DNA of 63,963 bases, the filler included, from Octopus bimaculoides (taxonomy: Eukaryota), in NCBI RefSeq assembly GCF_001194135.2. It is 5 parts of 5 records of this genome, joined end to end, with 100 filler letters (N's around TTAATTAATTAA, not from the genome) between each part and the next. Parts side by side here need not be neighbours in the genome. Positions count along the whole stretch, not along the records: positions 59,423 to 63,963 come from NC_068987.1; 4 more parts are not named here. The stretch is one strand, 5' to 3'. The position numbers and the translations under genes are program-made. Position 1 is the first letter of the stretch; each line of letters opens with the position of its first letter. The notes under the pieces were generated by a model, which ran no database searches, had not been told where the DNA came from, and worked only from the letters and a program-made list of their open reading frames with translations. Below are positions 62,780 through 63,963 of the stretch, piece after piece.

Positions 62780-63168
62780 TTTTGTTGTTGGCACTCCGTC
62801 GCTTACGACGTCGAGGGTTCCAGTTGATCCGACCAACGGAACAGCCTGCTCGTGAAATTAACGTGCAAGTGGCTGAGCACTCCACAGACACGTGTACCCT
62901 TAACGTAGTTCTCGGGGATATTCAGCATGACACAGTGTGACAAGGCTGATCCTTTGAATTACAGGCACAACAGAAACAGGAAGTAAGAGTGAGAGAAAGT
63001 TGTGGTGAAAGAGTACAGCAGGGTTCGCCACCATCCCCTGCCGGAGCCTCGTGGAGCTTTAGGTCTTTTAGCTCAATAAACACTCACAATGCCCGGTTTG
63101 GGAATCGAAACCGCGATCCTATGACCGCGAGTCCGCTGCCCTAACTACTGGGCCATTGTGCCTCCTTA
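62780..63168 (-). mobile_element. ~390-bp tRNA-derived SINE (separate family)
   Basis: Minus strand head GGCACAATGGCCCAGTAGTTAGGGCAGCGGACTCGCGGTCATAGGATCGCGGTTTCGATTCCC, tail ending CCAACAACAAAAG. Confidence 0.85.
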
Positions 63169-63204
63169 TCTTCCACTAGACAGATATAAAATCACAATTA
63201 ACTA

Positions 63205-63795
63205 GGCGCTGGCATGGCAGTGTAGTGAGAAATTTGCTAACCAACCACATGGTTTTGGGTTCAATTTCACTGCGTCGCACTTTGGGCAACTCAGTGGCGT
63301 AGCTAACAGAGGAGAAAGAGGAGCCCTCCCTCACCACCACCGAGCACATTTTTCAAAATTGGCGTCTTTTCAACATTAAAAAAAAACTCTTCAGTTCACT
63401 TGTGCGATAAAAGTCGAATCTCTCTTTTTTGTATGAATCGCATGGCTTTTGGAAGACCTTTTCAGGAGTCATTATTTTATTTGACCAGCCTCCCGTCTTT
63501 AAAATTATTAACACACATGCTTTGAGATTTGTGAGCTTACTGTAAAACATTTTATTGTTTAACTTTGAATACAAAATAACAGTTGTGTACTTCCTTTTAA
63601 ATTATATCTTCCACAGCTTTCGATTATAAACACAAAATTAAAATGTATAATTGTTTGGTATGTGTCGCGGCACCTTTGTATTATGTACTCGCTCCTCCCA
63701 ACTTTGGAACCTGGCTACGCTGCTGGGATATCTTCCCGGGCCAATCAAAGCCTTGTGAGTGGATTTGGTTGACACAAACTGAAAGAAGCCCGTGG

Positions 63796-63861
<66 letters not shown>

Positions 63862-63900
63862 TAGGTCGACAGACAGTTAGAGATAGAATGACAGACAGAC
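63205..63900 (+). mobile_element. tRNA/CORE-type SINE split by a DNA transposon
   Basis: Head to TTTGGGCAA at 63290; resumes CGGGCCAATCAAAGCCTTGTGAGTGG after 63726. Confidence 0.8.
63292..63725. mobile_element. hAT-like MITE (434 bp)
   Basis: TIRs CAGTGGCGTAGC / CAGCAGCGTAGC; 8-bp flanks 5/8 identical. Confidence 0.7.
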
Positions 63901-63963
63901 AGACAAAAAGATATCTTTTTATTATAGCCACACAGGGCTAAATACAGAAAATGGACAAATTAC

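Overview
Repeat-dense animal genomic DNA from a gapped draft assembly. Its tRNA-derived SINE families and very high (CA)/(TA)/(GA)/(CAT) microsatellite load are most consistent with an octopod cephalopod; this is inference, not a database match. There is no prokaryotic content, no CRISPR array and no intact RNA gene. The left ~30 kb appears CpG-poor by eye and holds small splice-site-bounded exon candidates of an unidentified minus-strand gene. Near 30.3-30.7 kb two outward-facing GTAAGT donors suggest a head-to-head promoter. The right half appears CpG-richer and is crowded with DNA-transposon relics (mariner, Tc1, maT/DD37D-like, Tigger, hAT, a Merlin/MULE-like element) and fold-back elements. 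The most striking observation is a tRNA-headed SINE at 26578-26866 carrying a near-complete minimal type-I hammerhead ribozyme fold of the Penelope-associated kind, with two more degenerate hammerhead-like motifs in other repeats. Most ORFs in the supplied track are microsatellite or N-gap artefacts. No gene could be named, and all alignments were made by eye.
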